Shown here: one piece after another, positions 1 through 11,400 of the stretch
Layout: every line of letters begins with the position of its first letter
How positions within the stretch are numbered: position 1 is the first letter of the stretch
Assembly (NCBI GenBank): GCA_000708835.1
Contig: DF237049.1
Coordinates: forward strand, 1-64,000
Direction: 5' to 3'
Length of the DNA: 64,000 nucleotides
From: Klebsormidium nitens
Taxonomy: Eukaryota; Plantae; Klebsormidiophyceae
The notes under the pieces: model-generated
Seen by the model: the letters and a program-made list of their open reading frames with translations, nothing else
What the model was told of the DNA's origin: nothing
Databases searched by the model: none
Program-made: the position numbers and the translations under genes

Positions 1-566
1 TGGCACTTGAAAATGGCCCTTTCCCGGCTGTGAGCATGTACAAAACATGCTTTTCAATGGCGGTGCCAAGCCCAGTCGCTCCAAAGAGGCCTTGCAGGAA
101 GGCGCCAGGCTTTTCAGCTCTCAAAACCACCAAAAATAGTTCCTATAGGCTGAGAATAGCTTTGTAGGGCCTACAGGCCTTGTTAATTTTTGACGGTTTT
201 CAGAGCTGGAAAAGGGAGCGCGTTCCCACGGGGCCTGTTCCTAGCGACCAGGCTTGACACCGCTGGATTTGGTGAAGGTTTGATACAGTTCTCAGGTGGA
301 GGAACCACCATTTCGAGTGTTCAAGACGATGCGCCCCAGAGTCGCAGTTTGAATTTCACGATCTCGACGACCGTTGGCAAGTTATGCCACGTCAGCATTT
401 TAATTTGCCCGATTATAAAGTCTGGGTGGTGGTTTAAGAGACTCGAGTCAAACTCAAGATTAGCTGAATGCCGTCTCGGCTTTCTCAGTTGTGGAATCTG
501 TGAACTCTGGGGCGCGCTGGGCAGCAATTCAGCAGGGTGCTTGGAATTGGAACTCTTTAGTGGCAA

Positions 567-708
567 ATGATGGCGGGCGGAAAGGATGAAGGAGCTCCTG
601 GGACCAAGAGAAAGAGGCAAGTAGGAAGTGAGGAGGGCGAGGAAGAGGAGGAGGCTTCAGAGCTAGGGCCAAAGAGGACGAAGCAGGACGCAGACACATC
701 CAAATCAG
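567..708 (+). CDS. Candidate upstream first exon of the SWI3 gene (MMAGGKDEGAPGTKRKRQVGSEEGEEEEASELGPKRTKQDADTSKS)
   Basis: ATG at 567 opens a 47-codon frame (below the ORF-track cutoff) ending at a GTATGG donor at 709 in phase 1. Splicing to the TTTTTCCAG acceptor (exon start 1280) stays in frame with the ORF at 1300. Confidence 0.5.
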
Positions 709-1299
709 GTATGGTTTGAGTAACGATCTGACTCTTATGGTTGTCTTTCTTCCGCACAAAGTTGACGCAAAAGCGGATTGTCAATGTACCAGCGCACAGA
801 CGAGCGGTGGTAATATGTAAATTGCAGCTTTTCCTTCGTAATTGCACACCAGCAAGATCCTGCAAGCTTTGTGGTTCTTGAGTTCTTGCAGTCCTAGTTG
901 GACATTTATTTTGGATTGGCACCACCCACTATTTGCAGGAGGGGGTTCTTGGAGGGGGTTCATTGACAGCTACCGCTTCCAAATCAGCAGGGGCAAGCTG
1001 TATGCACTGCAAGATTGCGCCAAGCAAATGCTATACATGGACAGTTGCATTGATCTGGATTGTTTTTCCTGTCTCTTCTTTCTTGATTGACCAAAAACAC
1101 CACCGATGGTCCGTCCTTAACAGCGATGCTCCAGTGAGAGGACTTTTGAAACTGTTTGCAATTTTCTGGAGTTCACCTTTTCTGATGTCCCTCACTACGG
1201 CTGTACATCAATGAACTGTGCTAAAACCAAGCTTGCAATCTGTGCACAGTCTGACCATTAGTCAGAACTATTTTTCCAGGCCTCACCATCCGATGGAAG

Positions 1300-4200
1300 A
1301 TGGGCAGCAGCGCCTCAGGAGAGAAGGACGAGCCTGGGGACTCCGACAAGCAGAGAAAGAGGGGGGCTGAGGAGGAAGAGGCACTGACGGGAGATGAGGC
1401 CAGCGCGCTGCGCAGCAGTCGCTCTCAGCGTCACAAGAAGCATGTTGACTCGGACAGCCAACCGAAGAGATCTTCAAGAAAGGACAAGGGGAAAGCGGCA
1501 ACAGAGGATTCTGCACAGGAGGATGACGATGAGGGGCCCCCGCTGCTCGGACCGGACGGAGAGCCGCTCGAGGTCCTTCCGGGGAAGGAGAAGCGAGTGC
1601 ATGAGGGGCCCGCGGTTGTTCAGCAGAAAGTGCAGGCACCCCATGAGTCGGTGGAAGCATTGGCGGCAGGCGGGGGGCGAACCGTCGAAAATTTGTCAGA
1701 AGGACAGCGAACACTTGCCCCCCCCGGAGCTGAGCCGGCTAGCATTGCGGAACTGGGGCAGCCGGGACAAGTGGCGGGGAAAACGGACGCGGCTGCGCAG
1801 CGGCTGACCCGCGAAGTGTACAGGGTGCCAGCTCATGCGGGGTGGTTCCGGTGGGAGCATGTCCACGAACTGGAGCGGCGGGGGGTCCCGGAGTTCTTCA
1901 ACGGGAGGGCGCCCTCAAAGACGGCCAAGACGTACAAGGAGTACCGGGACTTCATCGTTAGCAAGTACCGGGAGGAGCCGCACAAGTACCTCACATTCAC
2001 GGAGGTGCGCAAGATGCTGGTGGGAGACGTGAACGCGCTGCGGCGCATCTTTGAGTTCTTGGACCACTGGGGGCTCATCAACTATCAGGCCGTAGAGAAC
2101 CCGAGGCAGCGCCCGCCGGTGTGGGAAGGTGAGCTGGTTGGAAGACTCTCATGGTTTTGATTACCTGAATGTTGGAAGGAAAGAGCATTTTGAGTTCGTA
2201 CATCCGTTTTTACCCTCTTGTTGCAATTGGACGTCACTAATGCATCTGCAGCCTGCAAATCGAACCTCCTCCAGATCTTCTGGATCGTCTTTGGGAGAGT
2301 CCACTTCATTAGCATCCTTCTTGGTTAACATACTTCTTTGCAGCACCTTGGGATCTGTGTCTCTAAAGTACGTTTTGAATCTCTGTGGTGCTTCATTAAT
2401 GCGTGCACGTGCCTCTATAATCTCAAAAATTGGAACCAATCTCTTCCAGGTGTCTCCGCCACGTTGGTCCAGACGGCACCCAGCGGCATCCGCGTCGTTG
2501 CTCCTGCCATCGCTCCCCAGGACGCCCTCTACAAGTTTGATGCTCCGCGGGCGAAGTCTGCAAGCCTCGCCACACGCCCCAGCGTCTTTCCTGCAGCAGC
2601 GGCGGCAGCATCAGCAAGCATGGCGGGGGATGCCGCTCCCCCACCTCCCGCTGTAGAATACCATTGTGACAAGTGAGGCTTCCAAATCAGACTGAACTTT
2701 TTTCTGACTCAGCCGGGCTTCAGGTTATTTGATCAGTCCGGAGGGATTGTAAACGTCTTCCCTGCTCACAATCCAACTCAACAGAAAGCCAACTCGAGTT
2801 GATCTAAATTTCTGTAACTTAGAGTTCACCTGTTGCCTCTAGCAGTCATGTCAAATGTTACTGTGGCACTTACCCGACTCCTTTGCAAGCAAGTGAATCA
2901 AGTGTAACCCCGCATATTGTTGCCTGGCCAGGTGCGGCGCAGCCTGCTCTGCCCGCCGGTACCACTGCCAGAAGCAGGCGGACTTCGACCTGTGCCCGGA
3001 CTGCTTTGGGGACGGCAAGTTTGGCCCGGGAATGACCAGCGCGGACTTCATCAGGATGGACGCCGCGGACGCTGCAGCAGACGCTGACGGGGGCTGGTCC
3101 GATCAGGAGACGCTGCTGCTGCTGGAAGGCCTGGAGCTCTTTGGTGAGGGCGGCAAGTCTTGGGGGGCTGGGGATTTCGCTATGAACAGAACGATTCCAC
3201 CAAGGAACAGCATAGCAACATCATGTTCGGTCTAGAATAGCAGCTGTGACCATAGTCTGCGGTTCTCCTTCGTACAAATTTTTTCAAGACGTCCGCTGTA
3301 ATGCCAGACAAACAACGAATAGATAGATACTAAGCTCCATTTGAATTGGAACTTACGTTAGGAGAGGGCACGATTGGCACTCGGCCTTCCACCCGGCAGA
3401 GCCTTGGGTCGGCCTCTTTTAATCGTCGTGCCAGCTATTTCAGTTTTCCACGTCACGTTCTAAGCTGGTAAGCGGCTGTTCTGACGTGCCGCTTGCTGCG
3501 CTCCTGTCTCCAGGCGACAACTGGCAGGAGATCTCGGAGCACGTGGGCACCAAGTCGCGCGCGCAGTGCATCCTGCACTTCATCCAGATGCCCATCGAGG
3601 ACCCCTTCCTGGAGGAGCTCGAGGCCAGCAGCACCGTCACCACAGTCACCGACGATCCGACGGCTTACGGAAAGGCAGCGGACCAAGGGGCAGTGCCGAA
3701 CGGGGCGGAGGCGCAGGGGCCTGTCACGGCCAGCCAGCTGGTTATGGAGGCGTCGGGGGCTGCGGAGGGGGAGCTGCTGACGCCGTTTGCTGACGCGGGC
3801 AACCCGGTGATGGCGCAGGTGGGTGGGAGTGCGCAAATTGGTGCATGAGAAGGCTTTCGGAGGAGGAGTTGGAGTCATTTCAGCTCGAGGCGGCTTTGAC
3901 TGCAACGTACTATTCCGAAACGCCTAGGCTCAATCTCCGACTGAGCAACGATGTAAGGTAGATCGAGATGCATGTAAGGTACTTCGAGATGCTTGAAGAG
4001 GACATCTGTGTGCAACATTTTCAGAAACCTGTCGAAAGTCGATCAGGAAGCCGGTTTCAGTTGAGGTCTCGACAGACTGCCGTGCTCCCTGAGACCTGTG
4101 AGCTCTTGAAGTCAGAAGCGTCCTTAGTGAGGTGCCTTACGAGTTCCAATAAGTCTCTCTCGAACGATTTTACTTTCGCGTCCTGCAGGTCGCCTTTCTT

Positions 4201-6151
4201 GCTGCTATGGTGGGCCCCCGGGTCGCTGCCGCCGCAGCGCAAGCGGCTCTTGCGGCGCTCACTCAGGAGGATCCCACTGCACAGCTGGGTCCCGCGAGTG
4301 ACGCCGTCCCCAGCACTCCCCCAGCCTCTGCGGCAGCAGTCCCTCCGGCAATCCGAGCAGCTGAAGCTCCCCCCTCAGACACTCCAAAAGCTCCTGAGCA
4401 GCCAGCATCAGAGGGGGACGCTGCCTTGAAAGAAGCTGCCCCGTCGGGACCGACAGATACTGGGATGGAAAGCGCAGACGGGTCGGCCCCTGCTGCGGAA
4501 GCGGAGAAAGGCGCCGGGGCGTCAGAGGCAAAGGCACCCGAGGGAGGGGATGTGGGCGGAAGTGAGAAAGTCGAAGTCGCAACTGACGCTGGCGGAGTAA
4601 CAGAGGGCAGGCCGGCAGAGGGCGCCGGGCAGACGGAGAAGGAGGGGGCGAGGGTGGAAGGCGAAACAGGGAAAGCAGAGCCCATGGAGGTGGACGCGAA
4701 GGAGGCTGCGCCAGCTGCGACGCCCGCTCAAGAGTCCGCTCCGCCGCCAGCAGGTATGTTGCATGCTGCGGCGCTGGCTTGCTGGAGGCTTGCCTCTAAC
4801 GTTGCTTCTCGTTGAAGTGGCCTGGCCGGTTTGGGCAGCAGTTGCGAAACCCGAATGTCCAAAAGTAAGGGGCCAGCTGATGACTTTTTGGGCGGCTGAA
4901 TGCTGACTACTTTCCACGTAATCTGGAACTTAATAGTCCCGAAAATCAGCCGCTCGAATGCAAGTCTTGGTTTCCTTCACGCCGTAGTTTGAAAGTCCTC
5001 GGCTTTCCCGCACAGAACAGCTCGTCGCTTTCTTTTGACGCGCTCATCGTCTTCAAATGCATGCCAATCTGTTTCCCTCTTTTCAGCCACTCCTGCCCCT
5101 GGAGCCGTTCCTCCTGTCTCCCTCCTCGGGCCCCCCTCTGCGGCGCAAGTGCGAGCCGCTGCCGCGACGGCCCTGGCGGCCGCCGCGGTGAAGGCGAAGC
5201 TGCTGGTGGACCAGGAGGAGCGCGAGGTGGCGCGGCTGGTGCAGCTGGTGGTGGAGGCGCAGCTGAAGAAGCTGGAGATCAAGCTCAAGCACTTCGACGA
5301 GCTGGAGGAGATGCTCGAGCGAGAGAAGGACCAGGTGAGCCTGCGAATGTCCCTTAGCGCCACGTCCATTCTAGTTGTTCTGGACGCGGGAGATCGCGGG
5401 TATAGTATGTTGGCGGGAGTCAAGGGGATGGCTATTCGAGGACTGCGGATACAAGAATCCTCCCAGTGGGTGCCTACAACGATTTTGCGCAAGCTCAAGC
5501 CCTCCTGCCCACAGTCTTCTGTGCTGAACCGAAAGTTTTAGCGGCTGTAGATAATAGGAAAGGACAGTATCGCTCTCATTTCTTGGTCACAATATAAGCT
5601 GACGTCTACAAACTGCACGTCAGGTTCCGTCTTTTGAGTGTCGAAGTAGCAATTTGTCGTTATGCACAGTCAGATACCGTCACTGAGTTTCACTCCCACT
5701 TTCTGGACACAGGCGGCTGGGACAATCGAGTACGATTCAGCAATTGTTGGTCGATCTCCTCTGTGCATCCTGATTTCGCGCGGGGGGAAAAGCGGTGACT
5801 TTTGATAGATCTCTTGTTGATAACATGTTTCCAGAGCCTCGCAAGGGAAGCAATTGTCAACGTGTCAAGGAATACCTTGATCGGTGGAATCAGCTGCCTT
5901 GTGCTCCATCAGGCGGACGTCAGAGCCATTAAGAGTAAGAAGCGTTGCTTTTTTGTATGCAGATTGAGAAAGCCCGGCAACAGGTGTATGCTGAGAGGGT
6001 CCGACTGGCGGCTTCGCGTTTGGCGCCCACGACACCCCGAACCCCGCCTGTCATGCCGCCAGCAGCCGTAGGCGACAAGGCTGGACCATCTGCGTCAGCA
6101 CCCAAGATGGGGGCTGTGCTGAACACCGTCAATGCACCAGTAGCGAAATAA
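1300..6151 (+). CDS. SWI3: SWI/SNF chromatin-remodelling subunit SWI3 (SWI3C/D-like: SWIRM, ZZ zinc finger, SANT, SWIRM-associated coiled coil)
   Basis: Exons 1280/1300-2128, 2450-2672, 2932-3143, 3514-3818, 4189-4753, 5087-5334, 5963-6151, all GT-AG. SWIRM: [25 protein letters not shown]...[17 protein letters not shown]: [37 protein letters not shown]: [48 protein letters not shown]. Also [22 protein letters not shown] and [17 protein letters not shown]...KLKHFDELE. Confidence 0.95.
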
Positions 6152-6995
6152 GCTCAATCGTTCTCCAACAGCAGGCCGTTTGCCAGGCAGTTAACATTGC
6201 TTTAACAGTAGTGCACCATTCGAACCATCAGCGACCTGGATCTTGTCACCTTGACTTTGTCAAATATTGAGAGATGTTCCAAAACTACATTGTTCGCGGT
6301 TCCTCAGCATGTCCTTCTGCCCAAACAGCCTTTCCAGTGCCCAGAATCTGATCAGTGCACGTCATGCGTGTTTTGTAGCTTTATGTACATATATGCTGAA
6401 CTATTTGTTGCATGACACATAGTCATCCGTGGTTGAGCTATGCCCCATGTCCGATATACTCGTTTCGATCTCACTGTGCAGGGGATCCGACTATATTAGT
6501 ACCATACTACTGCCAGTAGCCTGCTGACTATATATTAACTTAGCTACTAGCTGAGGCCATGGCCGCCATGTGCCAGTCGCGCGCAGGCTGGGCCCAAGAG
6601 CCACATGGTATTCGTGCAGGATATACGTATCGATGCCAGCGCATCTGACGTACCATATATGTATTGCGTCCTGGCGCGGCGCTGGCAAGCTTCACAACTA
6701 TGCGCCCAGCCTGCGTTCAATCGCTGCATGTGAGCCTAGTGCTCAATAAAAGTTCAAGCCATGGTCTGCTGGGCTGGTCGTTATCATGTCATTATATAGT
6801 ATGTTCGAAATGTTTGTATACAACAGCTTGCCGGCCCTCCAACGAGTTGCCTTCTCATGTGGTGACAAGTCATGGCCGCCATGGCCAATTGTTGTCGATC
6901 TGGATCTTAATGACGCCTAGTGCAATTGGCTCTTCATGGCATGGCTATCTTGACAACGCAGTCTGGAACATGAACACAAAAGCCACCGGCGTCGG

Positions 6996-7640
6996 TCAAG
7001 AAGGACTCTTTAGGGGACCCATTTTACAACGATGAATATATGTATCTCGTCCTAGCACCTTAAAGCCCCGTTTCATGTAATTTGTAAGAGCAGTGGGCTG
7101 CAGATCTAATGAGCAAGTATGTAGCCAGACGTATCCACATGTTCCGGTCCTTGAGACGGCTGCTTTCCAGGCTGCGTCAATTGCAAGCTCCAGAGCCAAC
7201 TTGCCCAGTCCACGACCATGATATCTGCTGAGTAATCCAAAGTAAGCTATGTGTCCGGCAGTACCTTCTTTGGGGACGGATGCATTAACCTCCATTGTAA
7301 CGCCGTCAGGATCAAACCGCTTTGAAGTCAACATTTCCGCATACCCAGCTGGTTCACCATCAACATACAGCACGTGTAAAGCAAAGCCAGGCTGGCTGAT
7401 CAGCTCCTGGTACTGCTTGAGTGACCAATTCAGACGGTCTTCCCAGTGCAAATCCTTTCCAACTTCGCAGTAAAGACGATGCAAAAACGAGACTTGCAAA
7501 GACTCTGCGGGCAGCTCCTTGAACTCAATTCCACATGGGAGAGTGTTTAAAAGCTGTGATGACCCAGGTGCTTCCGTCCTGTACAAGTAAGTTCTGGTGA
7601 CACTGATGTCAGTGGTTGCCAATTCACCTTGAGGCACCAT
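6996..7640 (-). CDS. GNAT-family N-acetyltransferase, uninterrupted 214-aa ORF
   Basis: Acetyl-CoA binding motif A (IAYFGLLSRYHGRGLGKLAL), DGEPAGYAEM, and C-terminal YVWLHTCSLDLQPTALTNYMKRGF. A possible acceptor (CCTCTGCCTCGCAG) a few nt upstream of the ATG may indicate a 5' exon. Confidence 0.85.
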   Translation of the reverse strand: MVPQGELATTDISVTRTYLYRTEAPGSSQLLNTLPCGIEFKELPAESLQVSFLHRLYCEVGKDLHWEDRLNWSLKQYQELISQPGFALHVLYVDGEPAGYAEMLTSKRFDPDGVTMEVNASVPKEGTAGHIAYFGLLSRYHGRGLGKLALELAIDAAWKAAVSRTGTCGYVWLHTCSLDLQPTALTNYMKRGFKVLGRDTYIHRCKMGPLKSPS

Positions 7641-7993
7641 GGTGCAATGCTGCGAGGCAGAGGAATTGCAATATGTGCATTTCTAGGACCAGTGAGCCTG
7701 GAGCATTTCCCGGCACCTTCGAAGAGGTGGTCTCTAGACAGTACCAGATTTGCTTCCTCTTCTGCCTGGTTCGATCTTGGCAGGCCTCTCCAACTAGTGT
7801 GTCTCCAACTTCTTGCCTTCATTTGCCCATGGATCAATTGATGTCTGCTGATGCTACCGAAGTTGCCTGATCCACTTGCTGATCGCCTGCAAGCAGAGGG
7901 ACGTCCAAGCAGAACAGCAAAGAAGGAGGAGCGCGTCCATATGCCAGTGCCAGCTGAGCAGGAAGACCCGGAATGTCAATGATCCGACACTCG

Positions 7994-8031
7994 GACTCAA
8001 GACTCAAGAGTCAGAGTCAGACTCAGACTCA
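7994..8031. repeat. Six tandem GA(C/G)TCA(A) units in the GNAT/metacaspase divergent intergenic region
   Basis: Sequence reads gactcaa gactcaa gagtca gagtca gactca gactca. Confidence 0.85.
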
Positions 8032-8165
8032 GAGAACCCTTGCAACAGAAGACTTAAACTCAACCCGGCCGTTTGGAATCGAGTTTCTACAAACCGAGTT
8101 ATAACGACGGTCCGTGTAAAGTCCTGACCAACTTCAAATGTACCGTTCGATGTCCGATTAAATTC

Positions 8166-8176
8166 ATCCGACGGTT
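8166..8176. promoter_or_regulatory. ATC(C/G)GACGGTT motif, candidate promoter element
   Basis: ATCCGACGGTT at 8166-8176. Related reverse-strand copies at 25918-25927 (TKL/TPS1 intergenic) and 57424-57434 (upstream of the bZIP). A shorter ATCCGACGG at 20084 lies in a convergent region, so it is not promoter-exclusive. Confidence 0.3.
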
Positions 8177-8475
8177 AAAAACAGAGGGTTTGCTTGAAGG
8201 TTAGCAGGACGGTCTGGCCGGTCAATCCAATTCACCAAACCCGTTTAGTCCGTTTCGCCTAGGGCAAGTGGATTCACTGTTCTGATTCAGCCCAATCATC
8301 CATACAATTGGCTCCCACTCAGCAGGTACAAATCGCATGCAGTCGCTTCCAAGTTTTGCCGAGTAGGTAGTCTTATTCGCTTCAACGTTGGGGCGCTGCG
8401 TTGAGACCTGAGGAACCTCGTTGTTTTGAAAGACGTGCACCCTGCTTGATCAGGAACTGAATATCAAACACGAAG

Positions 8476-11400
8476 ATGGTCAAGAAGGCGCTCTTGGTTG
8501 GTTGCAACTGTGAGCTTCAGTGGTCGTTTCCTTCCCACACCCCCTTCTATTTCGTTATTGTCCACCATCTGCACGTCTCTTTTGCGTATTGCATCGTGCA
8601 GCAACCTTTCAGCTCATGATGAATAATTGACAAGTGGTGCCCAATGGATTCTGGTTGCACCACCCAGACATCATCACATCAGAAGTGCTTTGCTGGTGGC
8701 AAGCTGCCTAGAATGTTTTTCCTGTACATCGTTCGGTTTCTGGATCGCAGAAGTAGAACTTAAACTTGTAGTACTAGTAGTAGAAGTTGGCATAGCACCA
8801 ATTGGAGCAGTGAATGGTAGTCATTTGTTGCCTCAAGACTGGATTGTAAACATTTCAGAAAGTAAACTTCACAATTGAAGAATGTGGCTCGAAGCTGAAG
8901 TATTACATTTCTGAAAAGCTGACAAGTGTTGGGAATGAGCTTCTACTTTTTACGGAGACACAATCGAACAAACAACTATTCAAATGCAGATCCTGGCACA
9001 CAGGCACAGCTCAATGGCTGCGGCAACGACGTCTTCGGCTTTCAGAATCTTCTCATTGAGGTACAAACTTTTGTGAGGCTTTATGTATGAGTGGTGCTCT
9101 TAATGAGAAGTAGCCGCTTACAAGGCATTTCATCTAGAGTGGTTTAAGTTGCATCTTTTGGAGTATCTTTTAGGCAGCTTGCGTCCCTTTTCGCTGTCTG
9201 ATGAGTACTTCCGCATCAGGAGTGGAGGAGAGACCAGCAGAGATTTAACAAACGGGTATTTGGCGCTGAGGTTGACATTCCTTCTTGCTTACAGCACTTT
9301 GGCTTCCTGGAAGAGAATATCAATATCCTGGTGGACATGGACTCCAGATTTCCAAAACCAACTGGGAGGGCCATGAAAGAGGCTTTAGCAGCTCTAGTTA
9401 GTGGCGCCAATGATGGAGGCAAGTCACTAGCACATCATTCATTTGTCAGCATTTTGCATGGGCTCTCGAAGTATTCTGAACACGAGGATATCCCCCATGG
9501 GTAGATCTAGTGGGTTTCTCCATGTTTTCTCTGCTGTCAGCGCCCCAGCTTTCCATGTTTTGCAAATTCAGTACTCAACCTCACCGGTCTGTATGCAGAT
9601 GTGTGCCTCTTTCACTACAGGTGAGTGCAATCAATTACAGCGCACTTTCTTGAGTCATACCATGTCTGTTAGCAGCATCTTCGAACTTGTCAACTTGTAA
9701 GCTTCTTTTCTTAAAGAGAATCTCACCTGGATGTACTTCAGATGCTAGGAACAGAGTAAGCACCAGATCCTCGAAATCTATTGACAGTGACACGATTCAA
9801 AATGGTCCACGGGTTTGCTTCTGGACATATGTATATTTTTAGCATTCTGGTGTCAAAAGAATTGCCCGCTGATGAAGCATGCTGAGGGCTTTTTGCTCCT
9901 CTGCAGCGGCCATGGTACGCAGATGCCCAACAAGAGAGGGGGAGAAGAGGACAGCCTTGACGAGGCAATCGTGCCAACAGACATGAATGTGTTGGTGGTA
10001 TGTCATTCTAAAGCTCACTCGTCCCTTCTTCACTGTGGTGGAATGTTGCAAATGGTTTCTGCTTTCTGCAATTAGATTTCCGCAATATCTGGGTTCAGCA
10101 GTATTCATCAGCAGTTTGTCATGCAGGAAGCCAGTGGTCGAGCGAGCTTACAGACGAGTGTCCTTGTCAGTAGCGAAGTGACCTGTTTGATGACTGGGGC
10201 ACTTGATGAGTCTTCATCACCTAGAGGCTGACCAAGTACCCTGAGTATATGGGAAGAGAAGAGCAGCTCTCTCTTTGTCGACCTTGCAATGACATCTGCG
10301 TTCTATCGTTCAGGATGACGACCTGAAGATGATCGTCAGCCAGTGTCATCCGGGGGTCAAGTTTACCATGATCGCTGACTGCTGCCACAGTGGGGGGGTG
10401 CTAGATGGAACGGAGGTGGTTATTTCAGGGGACAAGAGCGGGGTGCCCAACCTGGGGGGTATCCTGTCTGCCGCCTTCGCGAAGCGTGACTTCAGTCCTG
10501 AAGATTTGGAGGTAAGGATACGAGAACTTTTGCCTAAAGTTTTCGAAGCAGGTGTGGATACTCACAGGGTCTCTCAAAACGGATTTTCTGGTCCCAACAG
10601 CGGGCTCACCTAGTTTTCTCTGCAGATCAACGTAAGGTGGATCACAAAAGTCTGCTCTACCCTTTTTACTCACTCTCAAATCGTCACGGGAAGAGTCGCT
10701 TCATTTCGTCTCAAACTTCCGAATAGGTCGACCTAGACTTAGAGCTGATGCTCTTTGAGCTCTGCTTTCGGACGGAAAGTGTGGGAAGAGTACGTGGACC
10801 AATTTCGCGTTTTTGAAACCATCCCAGGCTTCAATTGCCCTTTTGAGCCCACCGCCGGCCGGGCGGGGTCCTGACTCCCGGATATTCTTGTTATCTCCGT
10901 CCCGGTCATACAGACTGTCGTATAGTGGTATTGCAGGTCAATGTGCTGTATGCGAAACGCCGCCCGATTATTCATACGACTTGCCGTCCGATACTGGGGG
11001 CAGCTACGCAGTCCGCGCAGTTCAGGGTACTGAGCATTGGGGGTTTAAAACATCCGAATCTGGTCCAAAACGGACTCTGACGGGAAGCCAGCTTTCATAA
11101 TCAGCCTGACGGCTCTTACCTCTTAGCCTAAGCATTTGACTTATCCGTCTCAGACCACAAGCAGCAGCCTGTGGCGCTGGGAATATCCCTCTGATCGAAA
11201 CCAGGACAGTTGAGGACGTTGAGAGTTCCAGAAATAATCGGTCCTTTCCGCAGGTGAACAACAAGGAGCTGCCCATCGGCATGCTCTGCAGCATCCTGCA
11301 GCAGCAGACGGGCCAGACGACCAACCCGAGCAACATCCACTCGGTTTTGGGCAGCGTGTTCGGGTCCGACGCCAGCGTCATGGTGGGGCGCATCACTGGC

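Noticed and set aside
1-566. ORFs 190..570 (+) and 321..620 (-) at the window start
   Set aside because: No recognisable motifs or convincing splice structure; most likely upstream or promoter sequence of SWI3.
2161-2439. Protein-looking antisense ORF filling a SWI3 intron (similar cases at 17976..18461 and 18694..18969)
   Set aside because: Pyrimidine-rich introns read antisense give E/K/D-rich open frames by composition. There are no motifs and no nested-gene splice signals.
7009-7015. Isolated TTTAGGG telomere-like heptamers (also near 30354)
   Set aside because: Single copies are expected by chance; there is no array.
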